Made by a program: the position numbers and the translations under genes
NCBI RefSeq assembly: GCF_009914755.1
Contig: NC_060927.1
Origin: the human T2T-CHM13v2.0 reference genome, Homo sapiens
DNA length: 64,000 nucleotides
Direction: 5' to 3' (one strand)
Notes under the pieces: generated by a model
Told to the model about the DNA's origin: nothing
What the model saw: only the letters and a program-made list of their open reading frames with translations
Databases searched by the model: none
In this document: one piece after another, positions 1 through 14,500 of the stretch
Numbering within the stretch: the stretch's first letter is position 1
Layout of the letters: each line of letters begins with the position of its first letter

Positions 1-228
<228 letters not shown>

Positions 229-1204
229 TAAATTGACATCTAGGTTATCAAATTTTGGGGCATAAAGTTGTTTATAATATTCCTTTATTATTCTTTCGGT
301 GTCCATGGGATCTGTAGTTATGTGCCCTCTTTCATTGCTCATGTCAGTAATATGTGTCTTCTCTATTTTTTTTTCTTAGCCTGGCTAGAGGCTTATTGAT
401 TTTTCTTGATCTTTTCAAAGAACCAGAATTTAGTTTCATTTTTCTCTATTGATCTCCTGCTTTACATTTCATTGATTTCTATTCTAGTGTTTATTATTTC
501 TGTCATTCTTCTTACTTTGGAATTAAGTTGCTCTTCTTTTTCTAGTTTCTTGAAGTAAAACTTTAGACTACTGATCTTATATCTTAATTCTTTTGTACAT
601 TTCTCTTGAGATTTCTTTTCTGACCCATTTGTTATTTAAAACTGTGCAGTTTTATTTCCAAGTATTTTGGGTATTTCTTGCTAAATTTATGTTATTGATT
701 TTTAGTTTAATTCTACTGTGGTCTGAGAGCAGATATTGTATTATTTCTACTCTTTTAAATCTGTTAAGTTGTGTTTTATGGCTCACAGTGTGTTTTGTCA
801 TGGTAAATGTTCCATGTGAGCTTGAGAAGAGTCTGTACTTTGCTGTTATTAGATGAAGTAGTCTATAGATGTCCCTTGTATACAGTTGATTGATGGTGCT
901 ACTGAATTCAACTATGTCCTTACTGATTTTCTGCATTCTGGATTTTATCCATTACTGATAGAGGGGTGTTGAAGTTTACAGTTATAATAGTGGATACATC
1001 TGTTTCTCTTTGCAGTTCTGTCCATTTTTGCCTCATGTATTTTGATGTTCCATTGTTGGCACATGCACATTAAGGATTTTTATTTCTTGTTGAATTAACC
1101 CCTTTATCATTTTGTGACCCACTTTTTAATCCTGATAACTTTCCTTGGTCTAAAGTCAGCTCTGTCTGAAATTTATGTAGCTATTCTTGCTTTCTCTTAA
1201 TGAC

Positions 1205-1558
1205 TATGTTAGTCTGTTTTCATGCTGTTAATAAAGACATACCTGAGACTGGGTAATTTATAAAGGAAAGAGGTTTAATGGACTCACAGTTCCACATGGC
1301 TGGGGAGGCTTCACAATCATGGCAGAAGGCAAATGAGGAGCAAAGGCATGTCTTACATGGTAGCAGACAAGAGTTTGTGCAGAGGAGCTTCCATTTATAA
1401 AACCATCAGATTTCATGAGACTTATTCACTACCATGAGAACAGTATGTGGGAAACCACTCCCATGATTCAATTATCTCCACCTGGCTCCACCTTTGATAC
1501 ATGGGGATTACTACAATTCAAGGTGAAATTTGGGTGGAGACACAGCCAAACCATATCA
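1205..1558 (-). mobile_element. THE1-family MaLR solo LTR
   Basis: tagtctgttttcatgctg...gagactgggtaatttataaagg...cacagccaaaccatatca. Confidence 0.9.
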
Positions 1559-1921
1559 GTTACTATTAGGATGGTATGTCCATCCATTTACTACACAATC
1601 TACATGTGTCTTTATAAAGTGGGTTTCTTGTAGACAACATATAGTTGAGTCATGTTTTTTATCTACTGTAATGATCTCTTGTTTCGAATTGATATATTTA
1701 TACCATTGACTTTTAAAGTGATTATTGATATAGTTGGATTATTATCTATCATATTTGTTACTTTTTTCTACTTGCTGCCTTTGTTCGTAGTTCCTGTTTT
1801 TGTCTTCCAGTCTTTTTCTGAGTTTTGGTGTTTTAATTGAACATTTTATGTGATTTTGTCACATGATTTTGTCTGAAAGTATCTTATTTCTCTGCTTTTG
1901 AAGGTTAATTTTGTAGGATGT

Positions 1922-2298
1922 TTATATGGTTTGGCTCTGTGTTCCCACCCAAATCTCATGTTGAGTTGTGTGGCCTGGTGGGAGGTGATTGGATCATGTG
2001 GATGTTTTCTAACAGTTTAGCACCATCCCTCTAGTGTTGTGTCATGATAGAGTTCTCATGAGATCTGGTTGTTTAAAAGCGTGTAGCACTTCCCACTTAG
2101 CTCTCTCCATCTTCTGCCACCATGTGAAGATGTGCTTGCTTCCCCTTTGCCCTTCTGCCGTGATTCTAAGTTTCCTGAGGCTTCCCAGCCATGCTTCTTG
2201 TACAGCCTGTGGAACTGTGAGTCAGTTAAACCCCTTTTCTTCATAAATTACCCAGCTTCAGGTAGTTCTTTATAGCAGTGTGAGAATGGACTAATACA
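1922..2298 (+). mobile_element. MST-family MaLR solo LTR
   Basis: atatggtttggctctgtg...gagaatggactaataca. Confidence 0.88.
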
Positions 2299-2993
2299 GA
2301 CGCACAATGCTAGGCTGGTACTTTTTTCCTCTCAACACTTTAAATATTTCACATCACTGTCTTATTGTTTACATGATTTCTGAGAAGTCAGATATCTTTC
2401 TTATCTTTGCTCCTCTATAGATAAGATGTTTTTTCCCTCTGGCTTCTTTCAGGATTTTTTCTTTATCTTTGCTTTTCTGTAATTTGAATATGATTTGCCT
2501 ACATGTAGATTTTTTTATTTTTTATTTTCGTTTTTGGCAGTTAACCTGATTGGTGTTCTCTGAGCTTCCTGGGTCTGTGGTTTAGTGTCTGATATTAATC
2601 TGGGGAAATTCTCAGTCATTATTGCCTCAGATATTGCTTCTATTCTTTCTCCTTCTGGTATTCCCATTGTACATATTTATAACTTTTGTAGTCCACTGTT
2701 TGTTGATTTTTTTCTTTTTTTCAGTCTTTTTTCTCTTTGCTTTTCAGTTTTGGGCATTTCTATTGTCATATTCTCAAGCTCAGGGATTCCTTCCTCAGCC
2801 ATGTCCAATCTACTAATGAATCCATTAAAGTGATTCTTCATTTCTGTTAGTGTTTTTTAATCTCAGGCATTTCTTTTTTTATTCTTTCTTAGAATTTCCA
2901 TCTCCCTGCTTAGATTACCCATCTGTTCTTGCATGTTGGCTGTTGTTTTTTTTTTCAGTAGAGCCTGTGGCATATTCATCATATTTATTTTAA

Positions 2994-3341
<348 letters not shown>

Positions 3342-3664
3342 TAACTCTGGTTCTGATGCCTGCTCTGTTTTCAAACTCAATTTTTTACCTTTTAGTATAC
3401 CTTGTAATTTTTTGTTGGAAGTTGGACTCGATGTACTAAGTAAAGGAACAGCAGTAAAAAGGCATTTAATTGAAATGTGGTGGGAGGGAATGTGTTCTAT
3501 TGTCTTTAGGGATCTTTAGGGAGCCTGTGTTTATGGACTGTGAACTTTACAAGTGCTTCTCAGCCCCCAACCCCACTCAGGCGGGACAGAATGGGGCTAG
3601 AGTTGGGTATTTCCCTTCCCCCAGGTCAGTTAAGCTTTGATAAAACCCCAATAGGTAAAAATAG

Positions 3665-4172
<508 letters not shown>

Positions 4173-4822
4173 CAGTTTTAATTTTTTATTTTGCATATAA
4201 GTTCAAAGCCTTCCAAAGTGTTTGTTTATGATTTATTTTCTTGTTAAAATCTGTTCTTGTTCATTGCCTGTTTATAAGTGTTGTCTTGATGTTTATTTTT
4301 TGCATGTACATTTTAATTTGTCAATCTGTTTCTTCTTTTATTTCAACTGTTCCAAATTTTAGAAAGTTGTTTCAAGTATCTGATACCTAATTCTAATTTA
4401 TGCTAGCTTTTCTAACATTTGATATTCAACTTCTGATTTTGAGTTTATTTTTGTGTATGGCCTAAGATGCTATTATTCCTGTTGTTATTCATCCATCCCA
4501 GTATCATATTCAATCAACCTCCCCCACCACCACCACTATTTTGAGTGTGGTTGCATTAAAAAGCATGTGGGCTTTTGGTCAGAATAGATTTGGGTGAAAT
4601 CCTGGCTATGGGTAGCAGTCTCCTTCTACTTTAAGAGTAACTTCTTCACAAAAGGAGCTAGATGATCCTCTGCTTTGCCTCTAATGCTGAGGAATGTTGC
4701 ACCTACAACTATCATGGAAGACGCTGAAACCTCCATTACCCAATCCTGTACTCCCAGCACCCTCAGGGAGCCCCACCTCTGGAGGACTCAGACACTCATG
4801 CCAGGTAAAGCTGTAGGACAGA

Positions 4823-5130
4823 GGCCAGGCATGGTGGCTCACAGCTGTAATCCCAGCACTTTAGGTGAGAGGATTGCTTCAGGCCTGGAGTCGAGACTAG
4901 CCTGAGTCACATAGCAAGACCCCATCTCTACAAAAAATTAAAAAATTAGTCACACATGGTAGCATGCACCTGTAGTCCCAGCTACTTGAGAGGCTGTTGG
5001 GGAGGGATCACTTGAGCCTAGGAGTTTGAGGCTGCTGTGAGCTATGTATGATCATGCCACTGTACTCCAGCCTGGGCAACAGAGCAAGACCCTGTCTCAA
5101 AAAAAAAAAAAAAGAAAAGAAAAGAAAAAG
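4823..5130 (+). mobile_element. AluJ-like
   Basis: Consensus match; TSD aagct(g/a)taggaca. Confidence 0.92.
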
Positions 5131-5589
5131 AAGCTATAGGACATAGGGGAGCTAGTCATATGTCTGTCCTACTGAGACTCTAGATGGCACAAGGCAATGG
5201 CACTTGTGTTAGAACCAGAATGCAGCTATGGCTGACTTGGAACCGTCTGTCAGAGGAAAAAAGGCATGCAAATAGTTACTCATTTGACCAAAGCAGAAGA
5301 AAACCAAAATGTCCAATGCCTCCAGGAAGAAAGGCAAAGATAGAGATACTAATCATTTCTCTACACATCTGCCATGCCATGGGTGAAGAAGACAGCCAAG
5401 TTGGTGAACAGATCTGGAAAGGTTACCATCATTCTTGATTGAGCTCTGCCCTCCAACCGAACACCCCTGAGCAGCCACGGCATGCCGGCTCACCGTGCTT
5501 CCCACCACGCATGGATCAAGAGCACCTCCACAGGTTCTCAGAAGCTACGGCACCAGGACCCATTTGCCTGCTTTTTGCTGTTCCTCTTA

Positions 5590-5844
5590 AGACAGGGTCC
5601 TGCAATCACAGCTCACCGCAACCCCTGCCTCCCAGGCTCAAGTGATGCTCCCATCTCATCCTTCCGAGTAGCTAGGACTACAAGTGCATGCCACCATGCC
5701 CAGCTAATTAAAAAAATTTTTTTTTGGTAGAGACAGTGTTTCTCCATGTTGCCCAGGCTAGTTTCAACCTCCTGGGCTCAAGCAATCCTCCTGCCTCACC
5801 CTCCCAAAGTGTTGGGATTACAGGCATTAGTTACTGTGCCTGGC
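5590..5844 (-). mobile_element. AluJ-like, internally deleted
   Basis: Consensus match. Confidence 0.88.
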
Positions 5845-6021
5845 CTCTCTTGGTAATTTTGACTATGCCACTCCTAAATATATGCCTCTTGGCCTCTGCA
5901 TGAGAGAAGGTGGCCTTTGATGTGTTATTTCCAGCACTGTGGTTTACTTTAGCTTTTTAAATTGTTTCTTTCATAATTTCTACTATCATCCAGCGTCAGT
6001 GTTTCTAGCCTATCCTATTAA

Positions 6022-6355
<334 letters not shown>

Positions 6356-6499
6356 TGATTTGGGGAACAGGGTTCCTTGGCCCTATTACCCACCACATTG
6401 TTCTCCACTCTTTGCATCCTGAGCATCTCCATCTGCATTTTTCACTCCTGAGTACTGGCAGAGATGAGCACAAGGGTAATGGGACTTGATGTAGTGACA

Positions 6500-6671
6500 T
6501 TGTATCCACCACATGCTTAGAGAGGTTACATCCACCACAAGCTTAGAGATTCTGTATCCACCACAGGCTTAGAGAGGTTGTATCCATCATACAGTTATGT
6601 TGCATCCACCATACATCTAGAGATGTTGTGTGCACTATACAATCAGCAATATTGTGTCCATCATACATTTA
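6500..6671. repeat. Degenerate 26-bp minisatellite, ~6.5 units (TTGTATCCACCACAxGCTTAGAGAGG)
   Basis: Units start at 6500, 6526, 6552, 6578, 6600, 6626, 6652. Confidence 0.85.
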
Positions 6672-7566
6672 ATAATCACAAAGCCATTACATGGCCCACA
6701 TTTCTGAGCACATCTTCCCTGAAAATTTTGACACGTAGTTCTAGGACATCACATTTTCCATGCACTGGTTCTTTTTCTTCTGGATGTCAAGCCCTCAGGT
6801 CCACATTATCTAGAAGGTGTTCTTTAAGGTAGTCCAAGAAGGAAATGGGTAAGAAATTTCCCAAAGGCTTTTAAAAGCAATACCTTGCTGACACTCATTG
6901 AAACTCATTTCAGAGAATTTGACGATGGTTTTTGGAAGCCATAAGCATTCCAGAAGAACAGAGTAGCTAGAAGTGCCCCCACCATTCATGTGTCCCAGGA
7001 CTGACTGACAGTGGAAAAGCTTTATGTGTGTGTATTTTCCTTGCTGCCTGGTCAAGGTCTCCAATCAATAGTTTAAGACTTTTTCACAGTTCATTTTCGA
7101 CCACCGAAGATTTCCTTTAACTTTCCTGCAAACTCAAATATGCATTTAAAAATAATCTGTTTCATTTTTGCAGGATATGGTTGAAACATTTTTCAGATTA
7201 TCTAGTCTACCATATTGCCCCCCACCTTTTTTTAAATCAGGAATTTTATTTAAGTAAAAACCAATAACAACCTGGTTCTTCAATGGTATTCCTGCCATAG
7301 CTAAGACAAGCACTGAGTCCTTTAACTGACCTGCATCAAATTGTTTAGGGGAGATTTTTCCTTCTAGTTTGAGTGTTTAATGCTTTCTTTGCTGCTTATT
7401 TTCATTAAATATGGTAGAAATACTTTGAAATCTGCCCAGATTCCATCAGCCCTATTGGAGAGGCACCTGAGAAATGAAGATGATGTTTCTGACTCATAAC
7501 TTTCTTTGACATAAGGGAACAATAGGAGTCAGAATATAGGATATACATTCCTCTATCTTCTACTCA

Positions 7567-7751
7567 ATTGGTTCTCCAAGTGTGACTCAGACCAGGAGCA
7601 TCAGCATCACCTTGGAATTTGCCATAAAATGCAGATTCTCAGACCCTATTCCATACCTACTCAATCAAAACTTCCAGGCATGGGCTCCAGAGATCTGTGT
7701 GTTCAAGCCTTCAGGTGACTCTGATGGCGTGCTTACATTTGAGACCCTCTG
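7567..7751. mobile_element. MER5A (hAT-Charlie)
   Basis: gcatcagcatcacc...aaatgcagattctcag core. Confidence 0.8.
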
Positions 7752-7843
7752 CTCTGGTCTGATCACCCAGAATCTCCCTTGGGAGAGCTACCTTGAAATT
7801 TCTGCTTATTTCCCCTGCAGCGTATTGAAGACTCCACGGTGGT

Positions 7844-8041
7844 TGTTTTGTTTTGTTTTGAGATGGAATCTCACTCTGTCACCCAGGCTGGAGTGCAATG
7901 GTGCGATTTGGGCTCACTGCAACCTCCGCCGCCCGAGTTCAAGCGATTCTCCTGCCTCAGCCTCCCGGAGTAGCTGGGATTACAGACACGTGCCACCATG
8001 CCCGGCAAACTTTTTGTATTTTTAGTACAGACAGGGTTTCA
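7844..8041 (-). mobile_element. 5'-truncated AluS
   Basis: Right arm plus linker only; degenerate TSD ctcc(a/g)c(g/a)gtggt. Confidence 0.9.
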
Positions 8042-9744
8042 CCTCCGCAGTGGTCATTAAAGCTTGACCACTAAATTGCCCTGGTTCTTCAACATGCACT
8101 AGGCAGGCTGGACCAGAAGCCAGGAGACCTGGCTCCCAGTCTCATTATCATTACTAACCAGTCCTGGAGTTTTCCCTCACCATGAAGATGGAATTTTTAC
8201 CATCTGCTTTCTCTGCTTTGTGTGGCAGGAAGATAAAAAAATAATAATAATGGATATTCAAACGGTTTATATTGCATGTAAAATGCAATGTGGCATTGAT
8301 TGTAGATCCCTTAATTCAGACAGATTTCCCCACGCAGACGCTGTGTGTCACAGGGGGAATGGGCAGCGTCACTTTTTACATCCAGTCATATTGTATGAAA
8401 TTGCAACAAATTCAAAAAGATGCCATCGTGGGAGTGTGGTGAGTAAAAAACAGCTTTCATGAAACTCAAATCTTGAAAGTCAGATGCTTTCTGGGTCTTG
8501 TTTAACTGTAAAAGAGATAGATGAAGTATTAGAAATGGAGAAGGAAAGGGGGGAAAAGCCATCCATTTACTGCTTAAGAATGGCTCTGCTATTGCGATAC
8601 CTAAGGTCACATGCGTAGCCACTTGGGTTAATGATACTCAGTTTGTCCACGGAGTGGCAGTAGCAACTGTCTGAGAATCAGTCTCAGCCGGGGTTCCTTC
8701 TGTCTATAGAAAGTGAAAGACAGACTGTTATTCAAATTCCATGTGCAAAAAAGCCTTCTTACATTAAATACCTGGGCATTTCAGGAAGAAGTTTTATTTG
8801 ACTTAAACTGTGAAGGCAGTTTCTCATTTGAGGAAAAGAAAGATATAACGTGTTTCAGTTGAAATGTCAAGATCCTTTGATTGCACATTTGGTTTCCTAG
8901 GATAAATTATTCTAGCCAATGGAGCAGAAACTGGCTAATCAAAGGCACAGTGCACAGTTACACTTCTGTATATCATTCTCTTTTTTTAAAATAATAGCTG
9001 GAATTTTTTTTGAAAGTGAAATTACAATTTACCACCTCAACTCAGAGGACATATTAGCTTGATAACTTATTCACAGTTGCTGGTGAGTTCAGGCTTAAAT
9101 CATCAGCTGTCACTCACAAGTGTTTACCCTTGAACTTTCCGAATGAGACATCAAACGTCTTGGTAGTGGGTGGGTTTAAACAAAGCTGCCCACGCGAGAA
9201 CCATTGTGGAGCTTCTTGTTCCAGGGGCCGGTCACGGACAAGCTCATGACCAGCACACTCAGATGTGACAATCAGATAACAAGAGGCAAGAGAAGACTTT
9301 CTGGGAAATAAAAGATCATTTTTGTGATTTCTTTAAATTCAGATCATATAAATTAGGTGAAGATAGACATTATTTCTCCTGTTTATGTAAAAGAATTTAG
9401 ACAATGAAGTCACGAAATTCATGAGAATAATTTAAAGACTGTTGGAACTTCCCAATGTTTTTCTTAGCATTCAGTCACTACACATAGAAATGTATACTAT
9501 GCCGGTTCCTAATGACTTAGCAGTTCCCTCAGGCTTTGTTCCACAGGATGTGACATCTCCTCTGCCAACTTTTCCTGCCTCCTTTCCTAATCATAGGATT
9601 GCTATTCTCCCTGACAAGTAAAGAATGACAAGATATTTTATTAAAAAGATGTTTTATTTATCTTTTAAAGATTTTTTAATGTATGTATCTGCCTCTGAAA
9701 TTATTAAGAATGCCTTAATAATAATCCCTCTCATTTTATTTCAG

Positions 9745-9813
9745 AAGACACTATTGTAATAGCATGGCTAGGAAGGAAACACAGCTAATTATTAAGATGA
9801 ATCATTTAGCAAG
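9745..9813 (+). CDS. BTD: Alternative upstream BTD cassette exon; ATG at 9764 encodes MARKETQLIIKMNHLA(R), in frame with exon 2 (545-aa precursor)
   Basis: Acceptor tcattttatttcAG (9743-9744), strong Kozak AGCATGG, donor AAG|GTGGGG at 9814. The 50 coding nt end in phase 2, matching the phase-2 start of exon 2 (AG|A=Arg). I recall this N-terminus from an annotated BTD isoform. Confidence 0.8.
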
Positions 9814-10089
9814 GTGGGGAAAAATCCCTTGTGTGTAAAAATATCTAGTGATTGACATATTACCAAATTTACATGAAATAGATTTCCATGTAATTGAGAC
9901 TGATTTTTCCTATTAGATGGAAAGAACCTTCCTGATCAGGACTGGTGTTGGGGGAATGTTTTCCTTATGAAATCAGAAGCAGAGCTTCTGTAGGGCCGTC
10001 CAAGATCAGGATGCTTACTTCAAGATGCCACTCTGCATCTCTCCCCACCTGCCAAGTGTTTCCTGTCTCCCAGATGCTTTCTATTGGCT

Positions 10090-10690
10090 TATTGTAAGGA
10101 CTTTGACTTCTGCGCTACGTGAACTGGGGAGTCACTGGAAGAGTTTCAGAGGTGCACCTTGGTAGACTCAGGCTTTCTCTGGATCTCACTGGCTGCTCTT
10201 ATGAGTCCAGAATGGAAGAGGATGAGGACAAATGCAGGGGGATGTTAGGAGACCACTAAGCAGGTCCCTGTCATTTCTCTCTCTGTGATTCCTTTTGCTG
10301 CCACTTTCTCCTTGTCCCCTTGGCTCCAGCCCCCTGCTGTCCTTGCTGTTTCTTGCACCCGCCCGTGAGGCATGCTCCTGCCTCAGGCTCTCTGCCTGCC
10401 GTGCTCTCACCTCGCAGACCCACGTGATTTCCTCCCGAACCCCCTTCAGGCCTCGGTCCAAACATCACCCTCTCATCGAGGTCTTCCTTGACCACACTGC
10501 TTAAAATTGTCCCCCTCGCCTCACCTTACCACCTTCACTGCCTCATTTCTCCTTTGTGCTTAATCACCATCTCACACAGTTATCCAGAGCACGAGCCCCA
10601 CGAGGAAGGGTCTGTCTTGTCCACTGTTGGACCCCTGACACCTAACCCCTGGGGCTGGCCCACAGTTGGGAATTGCATGGCTGTCTGAAG
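10090..10690. mobile_element. L2 fragments
   Basis: Resembles L2 3' region consensus; source of several spurious ORFs. Confidence 0.6.
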
Positions 10691-11264
10691 CCAGCACCTT
10701 CCTGGTTCTGCTGTTCCCTGGAAGTGGGGTTCAGTACACCCCACGAGCCAAGGCCCTCATCTCAGAGGGCGTGCACATGGTTGCCTCAATTGTGCTTTCA
10801 CACTGGACCCTTCCTGCAGTTTACTCTCCTATGTCAGATGCCCTTCAATGAAAGCAAGTACATTGCCACCTTGTCACACCTCTAGTTACCATTTTCTTTA
10901 TGGTCCAGGTCCTGACCAGCTCTAAAGATGGGTCAGCTGCTGTATTTCCAAGAACCCCATGACTTCCAGGGCCCCTTGTTCCCAGGAAGGCCCCGCACCC
11001 CAGTCGTCCCGTGCATAACCTCACGGGCCAGCACCTGGTAGCTGCTGGAAGGCTTCTGGGGGATGCCTGGGCCCCTCCAGCCCTACCTCTAGTCCTGCCA
11101 CTTTACAACTGAGCACCTCCCGCTGCTGCCTGCTGAACCCTTCAGAGTCCTTGCCACAGGCCCTATTTACTTTTTCCTGAGAAGGTATGTGTGATGCCAA
11201 AGAGAGAAAAGCAGCATTTGCTAATTTGGGTAAAATGTTTCTTTGGGAAGGGCAAATTGATGTA

Positions 11265-11604
11265 CAGTTGTCCCTCAGTATCTGTTGGGACTGGTTCCAG
11301 GACCCCGTGGATACCGAAACCCTCAGATGCTCAAGTCCCTTATATCAAATGGTGTAGAATTTACATGTAACCTAAACACTTCCTCCTGTACACTTTAAAT
11401 CATCTCTAGATCCCTTACACTACCTAATACAAACTAAATGCTATATAAATAATTGTTATACTGTATTTTTTAAATTGCTATTATTTTTTATTGTTGTGCT
11501 ATTATTTTTATTGGGCTCCCTCCTCCCCCTCCCACCCCAGTAATTTCAATCCAAGGTTGGTGGAATCCATGGATGCAGAAACAATGGATACTGAGGGCCG
11601 GCTG
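11265..11604. mobile_element. MER2 (TcMar-Tigger MITE)
   Basis: TIRs cagttgtccctcagtatc / gatactgagggccggctg, preceded by TA. Confidence 0.85.
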
Positions 11605-13622
11605 ACTAGACCTATTTTTATTGTAATTACTCATTCTCTTCTACCTCATTAAGCTTGGTTCTTTCAAGCATGAATACCTGGTTGAATCTGCATAACCTCT
11701 TATTATCGACCTACCTTTGTTCACACACAAATGATTGCCACTTAGAGCTCTCCTACCGGGCTCCTTTTGTAAAATAAATTTTATCTTCTCCAGATAGAAA
11801 GAAATGTGATACCTTGCGGATTTTGCGGTTTCCTTGTTTTGCTGGATTGCAAGTCCTTTAGACATAAACAAATGTTCTGTACCCCGACATCGGTGGTACC
11901 CAGCTCTCAGTTGAGAAAGAGATGTAATGTGAATGCCACTCTTGGCCCCAGGCACTCCTCACTTGCCCCCACTGGGGACTGGTTCATACCCTCCTCTCCT
12001 GGCCTCAGTTTCCATACCTCTTAGTGAGGCCTTTGCGTTATACTTCAGAAATATTGTCAGTATGACTTTGAAGATGAAAGTTTGCCCCCAAAATCACTCT
12101 CTGTTATCATTGTGAAACCAGAGATGGAATGGAAAAATGGGTTTCTGAGACATTTTAAATTATTCCTTGCTTGTCTTTAGAGGCAAAATTCAGATAAGAA
12201 AGCTTATCAATTATACTTTTGTTTCTACTCAAAAACTCATGACTGCTCACTCAAAGACTCCTTGTTCTTATCTTAAAACATTGTTTACAGTGTCCCAGAT
12301 GAATGGCAACAAATCCTGGGGTTTGGTGTTTGGATGGTACATTTCCCTGGGGAAAGAAATAACAGTTTGAGATGGAACGGGGTTGGGGTGGGAGAATACT
12401 TCTCATTCTGAGGAATATTTAATTTTGCCAAGATGAGCATTTCTAGTTCTTAGTCTGTTGACGAAAAGAGCTATGGTTTGTTTCTGGAACTTTTGATAAA
12501 AAATAAAGAAATTTGTAGCCTGGGGAGTTTGGTTTTAAAATGCAAACACAGGAGTTATGAGTTGAGACTTGGACAGGGTGTCATTTTCTTTTTAAAGGGC
12601 AGCAATATGATTCTTTGATTTGTCTTTGTTATCTTGACTTTTAATCCGGATTCCTGGGCAGTTGTTCAGCCCCAGGACATCTCCATGGGCAGGTGGCCTG
12701 GCCTTGGCACACTACCCAGTAAATCTCTGCCTGAGAGGACGCTTTAGCTGGGAGGCCAGGCTGATTTTTAAAGGCAGAATTGGACTATTTACTCTAAAAC
12801 AGTAATGCACACTGTTTAGAAAGAAACATTCCTATTCTGGGAGGAAGGAGGAGACACACAGAAGTATCATTTATTTCTAGTCTTTTCTGGTAGAAGCTAT
12901 GAAGCTGAGTTTACTCTCTGGAAATTTGTAGTTTATTTTCTAGAAAATTGCATTTTATCACTGCAAAAAGGATTTTATTTCCAAATGAGTAGGCTTTTGA
13001 GCAAGAGTTTTGGAGTCACAGAGATGGGGTTAAGAAAGTGATAATGTGCAATGGCGATTCTCAAGTTCAAGGAGAAAAAATAACATGCTTTTATTGGGAT
13101 ACTTTGCTTGTCTATAAAAGAAAGTAGCTATTGGCATTTATGTAGAAGTCAGCAGTTTCTTGGCACCAAATAAATAATTTTGTGCTGAATAAAGGGAGAG
13201 TTATCCATAGTATTTATTACTAACCAAAGAAATGCAGGGAGAATTGTAATTCATTAGGTTTTGATGGCCAGGAAAGCCAAGCTGTGTTATTAGGGTCATG
13301 ACAATCACAGACATTACGGATGGCTGACCTGTAGTATGGATAGAGGGCAGAGGGTAGAGTGTGAAATATATCACAGAATTATGTCAAATAATCTGGATAG
13401 TTACTACTGCTTAAAATCTAAGTGCACAGCTAGAAAAGTGGGTAGTGACGCACTACAGTCTTGCTGAACACTGGGTAAGAAAATCATAGCAAACGTTGAG
13501 TCTGTTTTGGAAATGTTCTAAAACCAGACTATTAACACAGTGAGCCATTTTAAATGTGGCTTGCTACGTGTTTGGAGAGAAACACATACTCTTTTATTAG
13601 GAACATGAAACAAACTCTTTGA

Positions 13623-14027
<405 letters not shown>

Positions 14028-14169
14028 TGAGTTTCTCTCATACAGAGCAGATTGCTCTTTACCCCTTGATCAGTGGTTGGGTAATCCCAGGCTTCCTACC
14101 ACCCTCTGAAAAAGCATCCAGGTAGTTAACCTGAGTTGAGTTAGTCAGTTGAATTAGGAGCCTTACCCC

Positions 14170-14500
14170 TCAGAGAGTGGTCCGTGGACCGGCATCCCCT
14201 GGGAGCTTGTTAGAAATACAAAATCTTGGGCGGCACCCCAGACCTACTGAATCAGAATGTGCATTGCAGCAGGATCCCCAGGTGATGCTTTCACATGGCA
14301 AGTATGAGAAGCCCAGGACTAGATCCCCAGTTCTCAAGTGTGGTTGTACATAAGAATCACGAGGTAAGTGGTAAACACTATGGCTGCCCGGGTCCTGGAG
14401 AGTCCGTTGTAATTGGTGTGGAAGGGGTGTGGACTGGCACTGGGATTGTTTTAAGGCTCCCCAGTGCAGTCTAATGTGCAGAAAAATTTGAAGATGACTG
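14170..14500. mobile_element. Adjacent MER5A and MER5B relics
   Basis: ggagcttgttagaaatac...cccagacctactgaatcaga; ttctcaagtgtgg...agaatcac. Confidence 0.7.

Noticed and set aside
6500-6671. CRISPR-like periodicity
   Set aside because: Head-to-tail units with no unique spacers, in human DNA; it is a minisatellite.
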